Below the pieces are notes generated by a model, which saw only the letters and a list, made by a program, of their open reading frames with translations, made no database searches and was not told where the DNA came from. A stretch of DNA of 64,000 nt, from IMG/VR virus record IMGVR_UViG_2029527006_000005, one strand, 5' to 3'. Positions 55,811-64,000 of the stretch are shown piece after piece (position 1 is the stretch's first letter; the number at the start of each line of letters is the position of its first letter). Origin of the DNA: a virus (Duplodnaviria > Heunggongvirae > Uroviricota > Caudoviricetes). The position numbers were made by a program, and so were the translations under genes.

Positions 55811-56602
55811 TTATACTTCAAAAATAAATTTAGGACTGTAATCAAAATTCTCACTCGCTCCACTAAATGATTCATAACCACGTGGATTGCAAATGATTCT
55901 GGTCTTACCAATGTTATAATCAAAACTACTATGCACGTGACCATGAATCCATACGTCAACGCCTAGTTCTTCAATGTACTGATCCATATCTGAACAATAA
56001 CAACCATTCAGTGAATCGTTTTTGTACTTAGTTGATACACTCTGATAACTTGGTGCGTGATGTGTCACCACCACAATCTTGATATCATTATGCACCAAAT
56101 CACGCTCTGTGTCAACGATCATTTTAATGTATTTTTTGGACTTATGATGCATGAACTCAACATCTTCAACAGTGAGCTTTGTTTTCCACGGCTCATTTAC
56201 TGGTCCATGACGGATGTGTTTGTAATCGTTCATCTTCATACGTGCATCAAACTTCACCAACGGATCACCCTTGTTGAAATCTGTCCACAAAGTACTACCA
56301 ACGATTAGTACATCATCAATCCAACAGTAATTGTCCTGCATAAAGATGAAATTAGAAATCTCATCATCCATCTGCTGGAGTACTTTATGCGTCTTGTGAA
56401 TGTTAGAACCATAGTACTCGTGATTACCCGGTACGAGTACTACATTCTTGAATTGTTTGCATAGTGCTTCGATACCAGTACGGTAACGACTACGCTTGGT
56501 TTCATCATAATCACCTGCAATGATGAGTATAGTATCGCTGTAATCATCATCATGGAGATAACCAATTCCACCATGTATGTCCGAAAAGACAACAAATTTC
56601 AT
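55811..56602 (-). CDS. calcineurin-like metallophosphoesterase
   Basis: SDIH, AGD, PGNHE, THHAP, HGHVH, NPRGY. Confidence 0.9.
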   Translation of the reverse strand: MKFVVFSDIHGGIGYLHDDDYSDTILIIAGDYDETKRSRYRTGIEALCKQFKNVVLVPGNHEYYGSNIHKTHKVLQQMDDEISNFIFMQDNYCWIDDVLIVGSTLWTDFNKGDPLVKFDARMKMNDYKHIRHGPVNEPWKTKLTVEDVEFMHHKSKKYIKMIVDTERDLVHNDIKIVVVTHHAPSYQSVSTKYKNDSLNGCYCSDMDQYIEELGVDVWIHGHVHSSFDYNIGKTRIICNPRGYESFSGASENFDYSPKFIFEV

Positions 56603-56613
56603 TTCTCTATCTC

Positions 56614-57039
56614 CTAACTGGTCAATGCCGCTAAGTATAACTCAGGATGCTCTATGTTGTCAATCTTGAATTTAAAGAATTTCTTATCCCTCAAAATATT
56701 AGGGTTTCTCTGGTTGATTAGATAGTTGGTAAGTAAATCTTCTTTACCAATTGAATCATTCATGTAAAGAATTTCAGTACTGGTAGTTATTTTATCAAAT
56801 GGTATTGTTTGTTTGTGTCCAGAACCAATATATCTATTCTTCCGTACTTCATACGTACCATCTTCAATATTATATTCTAGTACTTGATTTGCCAAATATA
56901 ACAATTTGGTATAACCACTAACAATAGGTACACCATAACGGTCAACCCGTTCTGGTGTTTTAAAAACAATAGCCAATTCACCTTTACCACCGTCTACACG
57001 GTGGTGTTCTGAAAATGTCATTATCATGAATGAGTTCAT
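56614..57039 (-). CDS. hypothetical protein
   Basis: ORF in operon. Confidence 0.55.
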   Translation of the reverse strand: MNSFMIMTFSEHHRVDGGKGELAIVFKTPERVDRYGVPIVSGYTKLLYLANQVLEYNIEDGTYEVRKNRYIGSGHKQTIPFDKITTSTEILYMNDSIGKEDLLTNYLINQRNPNILRDKKFFKFKIDNIEHPELYLAALTS

Positions 57040-57040
57040 T

Positions 57041-58483
57041 TTACTTTTTACCTTTTAAAGCCTTAGTAATAGTTTCGCTAAAGACTTTAACTGCACTGGA
57101 ACGAATTTCCACAATACGTTCATGTGTATCACAAGTATCTTTATCAAAACGGAATTCAACAAATACAGGTAGGAACACTTTAGGAATCTGAGTCTTCTTA
57201 TCTTTGGTTAACTCGTTGCACTCAACAGTAACAACTTTACCTAATAGCTCATCCTTCTTATCCCAAATACTTTGGAATGTCCACTCGTGTCCTTTCTCTT
57301 TAATACCAGTACCGCAGTTTGTGGTCAAAATACCATCTTCGGATTCTAGTACTAATGAACCTAGCATACCAGTACGTTTACCTTCTCCGGGAAGGAAACC
57401 AACAATACGTAGATCCATTTGCATCTTGAGTTTCATTTTTAATTGCTTAGGTGAGGTATGAGACTTCCAAATACCACCTTCACATTTAAGTACTGAACCT
57501 TCTTCACCACGTTCCATTAGCTCAGTATTATAAGCAAATGCATCTTCAATGCTTAGAACAGTTTCGTACTCAACCATACGAACAAACTCAGAGTCAACTT
57601 CATAGATTGCATTTTCTAGAATGTTACGACGCTCACGGCGGTTAACGTCCCAAATTCCTTCACAGAACGCATCGTAAGGCAATACATCCCATAAAACGAA
57701 CACAACCCGCATAGCTTCTGCCATCGTCATAGTGCCTTTCCCAGCCTTCTGGATGATGCCATTGCCAGTTTCACGAGGTTGGATATTACCTTGATCATCC
57801 ATCATCAAGCATTCACCGTTAAAGACTACCCCACTTTTAAAGCGTGGGTCATTACGGGAAATAGCGTCTGCTAGTTTTGCCATTTCTTCATCACGGCTTC
57901 CTAAGAAGTCATATAGTTTACCATTACGGGAAGTACAAGTCAAAGAAGAATTGATGACGGTATGGTTTAAGTACTGACCATCCATCTTCACTTCTGATAC
58001 TGCACAACCGTAAGTATCGAACTCAATATTACGAACAGTTTTGGTATCAATTAGAGAACAACGCATATATGGCTCATCTTTAATAAAGCCTTTACCAAAT
58101 ACATCGTTAGTAATTTTATCGCTTGCACCGCAACCTAAATCTTTTGTTAGTACACGTCGAAGTACTTCAGCATCATCATCTGATACAGAACCAAATAGAT
58201 TAGCAATGTAATCTCTGCCTGTGTGACCAGTTAGCTTACGAGAGTAGATTGCATCTAGTTTCTCTAGTGCCTCTCCCAATTCCATTCGTTCGCAATAGTT
58301 ATGCAAAGGTGCGGGTAGCTTCTTATATCCACTAACAATTCCGGGATCAAGTGCTAGTTTAAGTACACGCTTGAGTACTGGATTATCTTTATTCTCTTCT
58401 AGGATACGTTTCTTAGCAAGAATACTCGCGTCGTTTTTAATTTCTGTTAGAATTGATAGAATGTCTTTCATTTTATCCTCCAT
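57041..58483 (-). CDS. ATP-dependent DNA ligase (T4 gp30-like)
   Basis: EVKMDG, SRNGK, FNGEC, EGSVLK, KMK, FLPVF..RFDK. Confidence 0.93.
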   Translation of the reverse strand: MEDKMKDILSILTEIKNDASILAKKRILEENKDNPVLKRVLKLALDPGIVSGYKKLPAPLHNYCERMELGEALEKLDAIYSRKLTGHTGRDYIANLFGSVSDDDAEVLRRVLTKDLGCGASDKITNDVFGKGFIKDEPYMRCSLIDTKTVRNIEFDTYGCAVSEVKMDGQYLNHTVINSSLTCTSRNGKLYDFLGSRDEEMAKLADAISRNDPRFKSGVVFNGECLMMDDQGNIQPRETGNGIIQKAGKGTMTMAEAMRVVFVLWDVLPYDAFCEGIWDVNRRERRNILENAIYEVDSEFVRMVEYETVLSIEDAFAYNTELMERGEEGSVLKCEGGIWKSHTSPKQLKMKLKMQMDLRIVGFLPGEGKRTGMLGSLVLESEDGILTTNCGTGIKEKGHEWTFQSIWDKKDELLGKVVTVECNELTKDKKTQIPKVFLPVFVEFRFDKDTCDTHERIVEIRSSAVKVFSETITKALKGKK

Positions 58484-58495
58484 GAATGGGAAGTA

Positions 58496-59695
58496 TTACT
58501 TCCCAATTTTTAGTTTACCGAACATTACTTTTTCTGGCATTGCCATAAAGACTAGCTTATAGTGCTGGTCGGAATAATTACTGAATCCAGCAAATGGTGT
58601 TTCGGCTCTCCAACCACTAAAGCGTTTGTGTAAATCTAAGTTTACTTCAGGCATTAGCAATTGTCCATTCTCTAGAATTTCTGCATCATATGCGAAGAGA
58701 TATTTAGCTGTGCGGAATTTTTCAGTTTGTGATTTATTACCACTAGTGTAATAACCAGTATTATCATCTGCTGCACCAAGTACTCTCATAATTTTACCAC
58801 GATACTCAGTATAAACAAAGAACGGGTTGATATCACGTGTTAGTACTTTAGGATCAATTTCTTCGTACTCAACAGTACAATCTTTTAGCTTGAATGGTTT
58901 ATCGTCACCAATAGCTACTAGATCATAAGAATCATTCATAATATCAAACTGACCTGCTGGCATGTGTTTGTTGAAATTCATATATTGAAGTTCAACTTGA
59001 TGAATTACATCTTTACGGTCAATAGGCTGATGGCCCACAACATTGATATTATAATACGAGTCTACAATCTTTGTACGAATGAAGTACTTACCAGTATTAG
59101 TATTAAGAACAACTTCTTTCTTAGAACTCTTCTCTGGAATGCATAGTTCTTTATTCTTATTCATAACTAGTACATGATACTTTCCACAGTACTGGTATAG
59201 ATCGTTTTTTGAGCTATCAGTACGGAATAGATCACCTTCTTTAATTTCAGAAAGGAGGTTCTTCTTCTCTTCGGCTTTCTCTTCTTTCTTGATTAGATCG
59301 GCAAAGAGTTTAGTCTTAGTACTTACTAGTTTGCGAGTCTCAGTGAAGAATAGTTCTTCTTGAATAGCACCTTCAATAATTGTACTTGTTTCAATCAAGT
59401 CCATGAAGTTATCAGACGTGATTTCAAACTCGAAACCTTCTGGGTGACGTACACGCCAAACAACGTTTGAAGTACTGTAACGAGATACGTTAGTAACCAT
59501 TTGGAAGCCAGTTTGTGGTGTATTCTCTACGTAGATTTTAGGTAGACGATTGTCGCCCCAACGATCAGCAGTTTCTTTCTTCTTCTGGAATGCTTTAGTA
59601 TGTTCTGCATCAGCAACAACCATAAAGCCTAAAATCTCTTCAGTACTGCGATAACAACGGGATACATAAAACTTCTTAGGAATACTCATTTCCAC
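58496..59695 (-). CDS. conserved phage hypothetical protein
   Basis: 399 aa; WRVRHPEGFEFEI motif. Confidence 0.7.
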   Translation of the reverse strand: MEMSIPKKFYVSRCYRSTEEILGFMVVADAEHTKAFQKKKETADRWGDNRLPKIYVENTPQTGFQMVTNVSRYSTSNVVWRVRHPEGFEFEITSDNFMDLIETSTIIEGAIQEELFFTETRKLVSTKTKLFADLIKKEEKAEEKKNLLSEIKEGDLFRTDSSKNDLYQYCGKYHVLVMNKNKELCIPEKSSKKEVVLNTNTGKYFIRTKIVDSYYNINVVGHQPIDRKDVIHQVELQYMNFNKHMPAGQFDIMNDSYDLVAIGDDKPFKLKDCTVEYEEIDPKVLTRDINPFFVYTEYRGKIMRVLGAADDNTGYYTSGNKSQTEKFRTAKYLFAYDAEILENGQLLMPEVNLDLHKRFSGWRAETPFAGFSNYSDQHYKLVFMAMPEKVMFGKLKIGK

Positions 59696-59913
59696 ACCTC
59701 TTCTTTTTCTTGCCAGCCTTTTTGATTACAATCAATACAAGGTTCCATATAACGCATATCATTACTCAATACACGTCCAGTACCTTTGCACACAGGACAT
59801 TCCCGGCGTGTTCCATTAAGGATACGCTCATGGTGGTTAGCTTCATTTGGATTATCAAATACCTCACCATCTTCAGTTTGGTATTTGATTACAGTTACTT
59901 TTATTTCTTTCAT
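59686..59913 (-). CDS. small zinc-finger protein (DnaJ-CRR-like)
   Basis: CPVCKGTG...CIDCNQKG. Confidence 0.65.
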   Translation of the reverse strand: MKEIKVTVIKYQTEDGEVFDNPNEANHHERILNGTRRECPVCKGTGRVLSNDMRYMEPCIDCNQKGWQEKEEVWK

Positions 59914-60398
59914 TACACAAGACTCATGAATGTCATTCTTAGTAAAATATTACCTAGTACTTCACCATAAGTTTCCATGAATTCATCATCACCTAAAAGA
60001 CCACGACGAAGTTGTTCCATATCTTCTACCATCTTTGTCGTACAAAGTACTGCGATGCTAGTGATAGTGTTATTAAGTCCGGGTTCTTTGAATTCAGCAA
60101 AAGGTACAATTGGATATTTTTGTTGGTACAATTGATCTTTCATGCGATTGATAGATACATCACTCTGTAACTTATCTAGGGTTTCTGTTAGTTCGGCTAA
60201 ACCATCATGTGCCATCCCACTTTTTAGCATAATTACAGTTTTATGCTCAGTGGCCCAATCTAGTACTTGCTCTGATAGTTCAGGAAAGTCTCTGTCATCT
60301 GAAGTGTACTTTACAACTAGTTCAACTGCTGAGTGAACACCTTGAATTCCCGGATGATTACCACCACAGTACATATTTGTTAGTAGATATAGTTTCAT
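59913..60398 (-). CDS. Pth2-like peptidyl-tRNA hydrolase
   Basis: GIQGVHSA, W...KTVIML, FKEPGLNNTITSIAV fit the Pth2 fold. Confidence 0.55.
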   Translation of the reverse strand: MKLYLLTNMYCGGNHPGIQGVHSAVELVVKYTSDDRDFPELSEQVLDWATEHKTVIMLKSGMAHDGLAELTETLDKLQSDVSINRMKDQLYQQKYPIVPFAEFKEPGLNNTITSIAVLCTTKMVEDMEQLRRGLLGDDEFMETYGEVLGNILLRMTFMSLV

Positions 60399-60400
60399 TA

Positions 60401-61144
60401 TTACCTCTTGAATCTGTCAAAGCTATGCTCATCTTTCGGTCTACGGAAGTGACGTGGAGTTTTACCACTGAACATAGTAAATGTTAAATCACCACTCAAG
60501 AACTGACTATCAATCCACATACGGTTACCGTACACTAATGGGTCAACTACACCAGTGTGTCCAGAAAGTACATAATCGATACCAGCAATCTTTGGTGCGT
60601 TAGGAGTTTGATTGTACTTACAATCATCGAATACTTTACGATCCCAAATGATTTCTTCCACTAAGTCCCATTTCATAGGCTTAACATCAGCAACAAAAGT
60701 ATCCCAATCAGTATAGCGTAGTGGGACTCCACCGTGAACTAGACCAATCTTTAAACCTCTGTGATGAATTTCAATGATTAGTGGTAGTTGATCAACGAAA
60801 GGTCTGAAGTACTGGAATCCAGTTTCTCCTACTTCGTTAAGGAAAACATCACCACCGTTCTGCATATGGCAGTGGAAGAAATCTCGACGATGTTCACCCA
60901 TTACGTACATGTTTTCATGGTTCCCGATGATCATATAACGGTTCTCTTTGAATAGGAATTCGAATAGTAATTTAGCACTTTGAGGACCACGATCAATAAC
61001 ATCACCTACACTAAAGACATAATCTTTATCAGTGATTCCAAATTCCTTAAGTGAACGTTCATACAAATCAGCATTACCATGTAGGTCACCGACGATGAAT
61101 AGTTCCCGGTCATCGGGAACTACTATTTTCTGAAAATGATTCAT
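60401..61144 (-). CDS. serine/threonine protein phosphatase (PPP/lambda-like)
   Basis: GDLHG, GDVIDRGP, GNHE, HGG, GHT. Confidence 0.9.
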   Translation of the reverse strand: MNHFQKIVVPDDRELFIVGDLHGNADLYERSLKEFGITDKDYVFSVGDVIDRGPQSAKLLFEFLFKENRYMIIGNHENMYVMGEHRRDFFHCHMQNGGDVFLNEVGETGFQYFRPFVDQLPLIIEIHHRGLKIGLVHGGVPLRYTDWDTFVADVKPMKWDLVEEIIWDRKVFDDCKYNQTPNAPKIAGIDYVLSGHTGVVDPLVYGNRMWIDSQFLSGDLTFTMFSGKTPRHFRRPKDEHSFDRFKR

Positions 61145-61767
61145 AAATTTGTTGTCTCTATATTATTAGCATAATCATAAGCTAATTTATTTTTAATATT
61201 ATGTAAAGCGTCAACCACATCTTGATAAAAGAATGGCTCATTTTTATACTTATCTATAATAAGATCAGTATATTGTATTTTACCTAATTGCCATGCTTTA
61301 TGTGCTTCATTTGTAGTTTTGTATCTACCTAGATTTTTAAGTACACCAAACATTCTTATTGATGTTTTATACAGATTTCTATCCTTAGATACACCCAATG
61401 GATATATACCCCTGCTACCAGCACTAATACGATAGGCATTATTAATATACACTGGAATCAACAAACATGTATCAGGTGAATACATATGTAAATCTGTTTT
61501 TAAATCTTTATCCAATTCCAAAACACTTATATATTCGCCAACTGGATGTGAATCAATCCATTTTTTGAAATTACTGAAGTACTTCCACTCTTCATGAACC
61601 ATTGACCCACTGTAGGTTGGTCTACAAGATTGGTATTTTACACTAGTGGTTCTAATTTTCATCTGTGCCCATTTGTCGTAAATTGGGCAAGTCCACACTT
61701 GTTTACACTTACCGTCAGTGGTTTCATATAGAGATACTTTATAATCAGCATCATTTATGAATTCCAT
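61141..61767 (-). CDS. HNH homing endonuclease with AP2-like C-terminus
   Basis: W..MK.R, WKYFSNF, LDKD, YSPDTC..N, LGRYKT..EAHKAW; more AT-rich than flanks. Confidence 0.75.
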   Translation of the reverse strand: MEFINDADYKVSLYETTDGKCKQVWTCPIYDKWAQMKIRTTSVKYQSCRPTYSGSMVHEEWKYFSNFKKWIDSHPVGEYISVLELDKDLKTDLHMYSPDTCLLIPVYINNAYRISAGSRGIYPLGVSKDRNLYKTSIRMFGVLKNLGRYKTTNEAHKAWQLGKIQYTDLIIDKYKNEPFFYQDVVDALHNIKNKLAYDYANNIETTNL

Positions 61768-61770
61768 ATT

Positions 61771-62460
61771 TTACCTTATAAAATTTAAGTACTCAAGGAT
61801 GTTCTGACAATCACTATCCTCAAATACTATATCTTCATCTATTCTTACTATCCATACACCATCGCAATAAGTCATATAATAGTCTTCATCACTATGCCAC
61901 AAACCAATTTCAATACTCGGTTTACCTTGATATGCTGAATTGGAAGTAAGGTGCTTAACCATATTCTCTAAAAATATATGACCATTCTGGAAATCGAAAT
62001 TTCCACGCAATACATATACAGTGAATTGATCACCATGAACATATGGTGTCATTACACGGAAACCATTTCTACTCAAGAAATCTGCACTAGCAGTACTTCC
62101 ACAAATAGCGGCATTTGAGAAATAAGCATAGTCATCTAATTCTTCACGAGCATTAGCTTTGATACCTTCAATTTCATTCTCCAGTACTTCTAATTGCTTC
62201 TGAACAAATAACATACCATTTCTGGATTCTTCTGCTTTTATTTTCTCACTAATGAGATCCATTTCAATTCGTTTAGCTTTAGTATCATTATGATCAAACC
62301 CATGACTATATTGTAAATCAACTAACTCTCCAAACAAATCATTCTTCTTTAGATATAAGTTATTGATTTCACCTTTAGTTAAAGAGATTAATTGCACGGA
62401 AAGTTCATTGACCGTATCATAACGGTCAGTGAGTAATTTTACATAGTCTTGTGCTGTCAT
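61771..62460 (-). CDS. hypothetical protein with N-terminal coiled coil
   Basis: Coupled ORF. Confidence 0.6.
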   Translation of the reverse strand: MTAQDYVKLLTDRYDTVNELSVQLISLTKGEINNLYLKKNDLFGELVDLQYSHGFDHNDTKAKRIEMDLISEKIKAEESRNGMLFVQKQLEVLENEIEGIKANAREELDDYAYFSNAAICGSTASADFLSRNGFRVMTPYVHGDQFTVYVLRGNFDFQNGHIFLENMVKHLTSNSAYQGKPSIEIGLWHSDEDYYMTYCDGVWIVRIDEDIVFEDSDCQNILEYLNFIR

Positions 62461-62795
62461 GATTTTTTAATAATAACCTTTGGGTCAGAATTGTGTTTAT
62501 TATAACGGTCACGAACAATACTATTCTCGGACTGATCTACACGCCAGCGTTCACCACAAGAACGACACTCACCCTCGTACCAGTACTCATCATCTGAACG
62601 ACAATAGTTTCCAGTGTCAGAACGTGCACAAACTGTCATGTGTCGATGTTGACAAGTGTCCTGTAAATCTTGAATTTCTTTATAGAGGGCAGCTTGTTTC
62701 TTTTGAATAGCAATGATTGCTTCACGGCGTTCAGCTTCTTCTAAATCAAAGAACTGCTCTCCATTATCTGTGTAATAGATTTTCTCTTCTCTCAT
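62457..62795 (-). CDS. small zinc-ribbon protein
   Basis: CQH...CRSCG; N-terminus similar to 59686-59913. Confidence 0.6.
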   Translation of the reverse strand: MREEKIYYTDNGEQFFDLEEAERREAIIAIQKKQAALYKEIQDLQDTCQHRHMTVCARSDTGNYCRSDDEYWYEGECRSCGERWRVDQSENSIVRDRYNKHNSDPKVIIKKS

Positions 62796-63688
62796 TACAT
62801 TTCCTCTTTGAATGGTTTAATCATGTGTTGGTTTGCATGGAAACGCTTGACAAAATCATCTTCACCAAATTCACGGAACAAAGCAATAATATCATAGAAA
62901 CGTTTATATGCGAATTCACGGAACCATCCAGAAGTAATACTAGTACAAACCTTAATCAAGGCAGTAATGAAAGCATGTTTTGGAGTTGGTTCGAAGTTGA
63001 ATGGAATCAAACAACGTTCTAGTGCTAGTACACAAGTTTCCTCATACACACCTAGTAGCTGTCTGATATCACTGCACTCAAAGAACTTAGCCTTGTCAAC
63101 CATTACTTCAGCACCATCTTTCATATAACTTTTATATGCAGGTGCATCCATAATAGCGACGGCTTCATGAATGGTATCGTGGTCATAGATGTACCCAACC
63201 TCATCTTGGAAGAAGGTTTCTTTGGACTGATTGAGTACTGGATGGTCGTAATTATACGTTTCTTTCTCCCGAATGTCAAGGATTTTTTTCAACTCCACAT
63301 CGAGACTTGCACCCATCTTTTCCATATCGCGAATATGAGAACGAGTCTTTAGAAAGTGAGGACTATTACGCAAATAACGATGAGACATTTTAATACAGTA
63401 CAATACATTTAGTGAAGCGATTACATCTTCTTCTACACCCCAAGCATTACTGTACTTCATTAATTGTTCAGTACTATTATTGTCGTGTGCAATGTAGAAC
63501 TCATAGTTCAAACCATTACAGAATAGATGACAATAATCGGAGGTACGTTTGTGAATAACAAAATCCTTCATATTACTGAAGTACTCAATTTGTTCATCGA
63601 GTTCTTTATCAGTGCACATGTAGTCTAAATCTTGTGGGGTAATCTCTGGCTTATAGGATTTATAAGCATAGGAACCAATTGCTAGCAT
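62795..63688 (-). CDS. putative nucleotidyltransferase-fold protein
   Basis: N-terminal IGS...QDLDY; HDTIHE and CTSITSGWFR conserved-looking motifs. Confidence 0.55.
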   Translation of the reverse strand: MLAIGSYAYKSYKPEITPQDLDYMCTDKELDEQIEYFSNMKDFVIHKRTSDYCHLFCNGLNYEFYIAHDNNSTEQLMKYSNAWGVEEDVIASLNVLYCIKMSHRYLRNSPHFLKTRSHIRDMEKMGASLDVELKKILDIREKETYNYDHPVLNQSKETFFQDEVGYIYDHDTIHEAVAIMDAPAYKSYMKDGAEVMVDKAKFFECSDIRQLLGVYEETCVLALERCLIPFNFEPTPKHAFITALIKVCTSITSGWFREFAYKRFYDIIALFREFGEDDFVKRFHANQHMIKPFKEEM

Positions 63689-63978
63689 AGTCCGTCCTCC
63701 ATCATGTATTTTAATGCGTCTTTTAGATTGTTGTACTGACGTAAGTAAGTACCTTCAACGCAGTATAAGTTTTTGTGCGGGAAGTAATTCATATTCATAA
63801 CCGAATCACCTCTAATAGCAAGATTGTAACATAAGTCTGTTTCCATTACATAGCTAGGTTTTGTGTTTTCTAATGCTATTGGAAGGTAGTATAAAATCTT
63901 TTCAATATTCTCTTTGATATATATGCGGTCAGCATACCAAATGAAATTTTGTCCAGAAACATCACGGTCTAATTTCAT
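63682..63978 (-). CDS. hypothetical protein
   Basis: Overlapping ORF in operon. Confidence 0.5.
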   Translation of the reverse strand: MKLDRDVSGQNFIWYADRIYIKENIEKILYYLPIALENTKPSYVMETDLCYNLAIRGDSVMNMNYFPHKNLYCVEGTYLRQYNNLKDALKYMMEDGLC

Positions 63979-64000
63979 TGTCCAAAAGAACGCTTTGCAT

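Noticed and set aside
61141-61767. HNH gene as part of a novel system
   Set aside because: Looks like an ordinary free-standing homing endonuclease insertion
1-64000. Stop-codon reassignment
   Set aside because: Known genes are full length under the standard code and coding density is high

Overview
AT-rich (roughly 35% GC by eye), densely coding segment of a large lytic myovirus. Gene content suggests a Rak2/GAP32/PBECO4-type jumbo phage of Enterobacterales; this is inference, not a database result. Almost all genes are on the minus strand, except four Ig-like virion-protein paralogues on the plus strand (45.6-52.1 kb). Recognisable genes: Rnl2-type RNA ligase, thymidine kinase, Dps-like protein, two HNH endonucleases, i/o-spanins, an acyl-carrier-like protein, an RlaP-type and two further Pol-beta nucleotidyltransferases, three paralogous tail proteins, anaerobic RNR (nrdD/nrdG), PIN-PhoH, cyclic-phosphate receiver, Nudix, sirtuin, Acb1-like 2H phosphoesterase, Ntn protease, Nampt plus NadM-Nudix (NAD salvage), dCMP deaminase, ClpP, DNA ligase, a Pth2-like protein and phosphoesterases. 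Main unexplained signals: (1) a stand-alone, highly structured ~470-nt non-coding transcription unit at 8.9-9.4 kb with its own promoter, closing helix and terminator, followed by ssDNA-type hairpins; (2) roughly 9-fold over-representation of the palindrome AGTACT in all reading frames; (3) a phage-specific promoter class GGGACA-N12-TGTGATATAAT; (4) a second ~110-nt structured intergenic element at 29.8 kb. No CRISPR array, tRNA or rRNA was seen.
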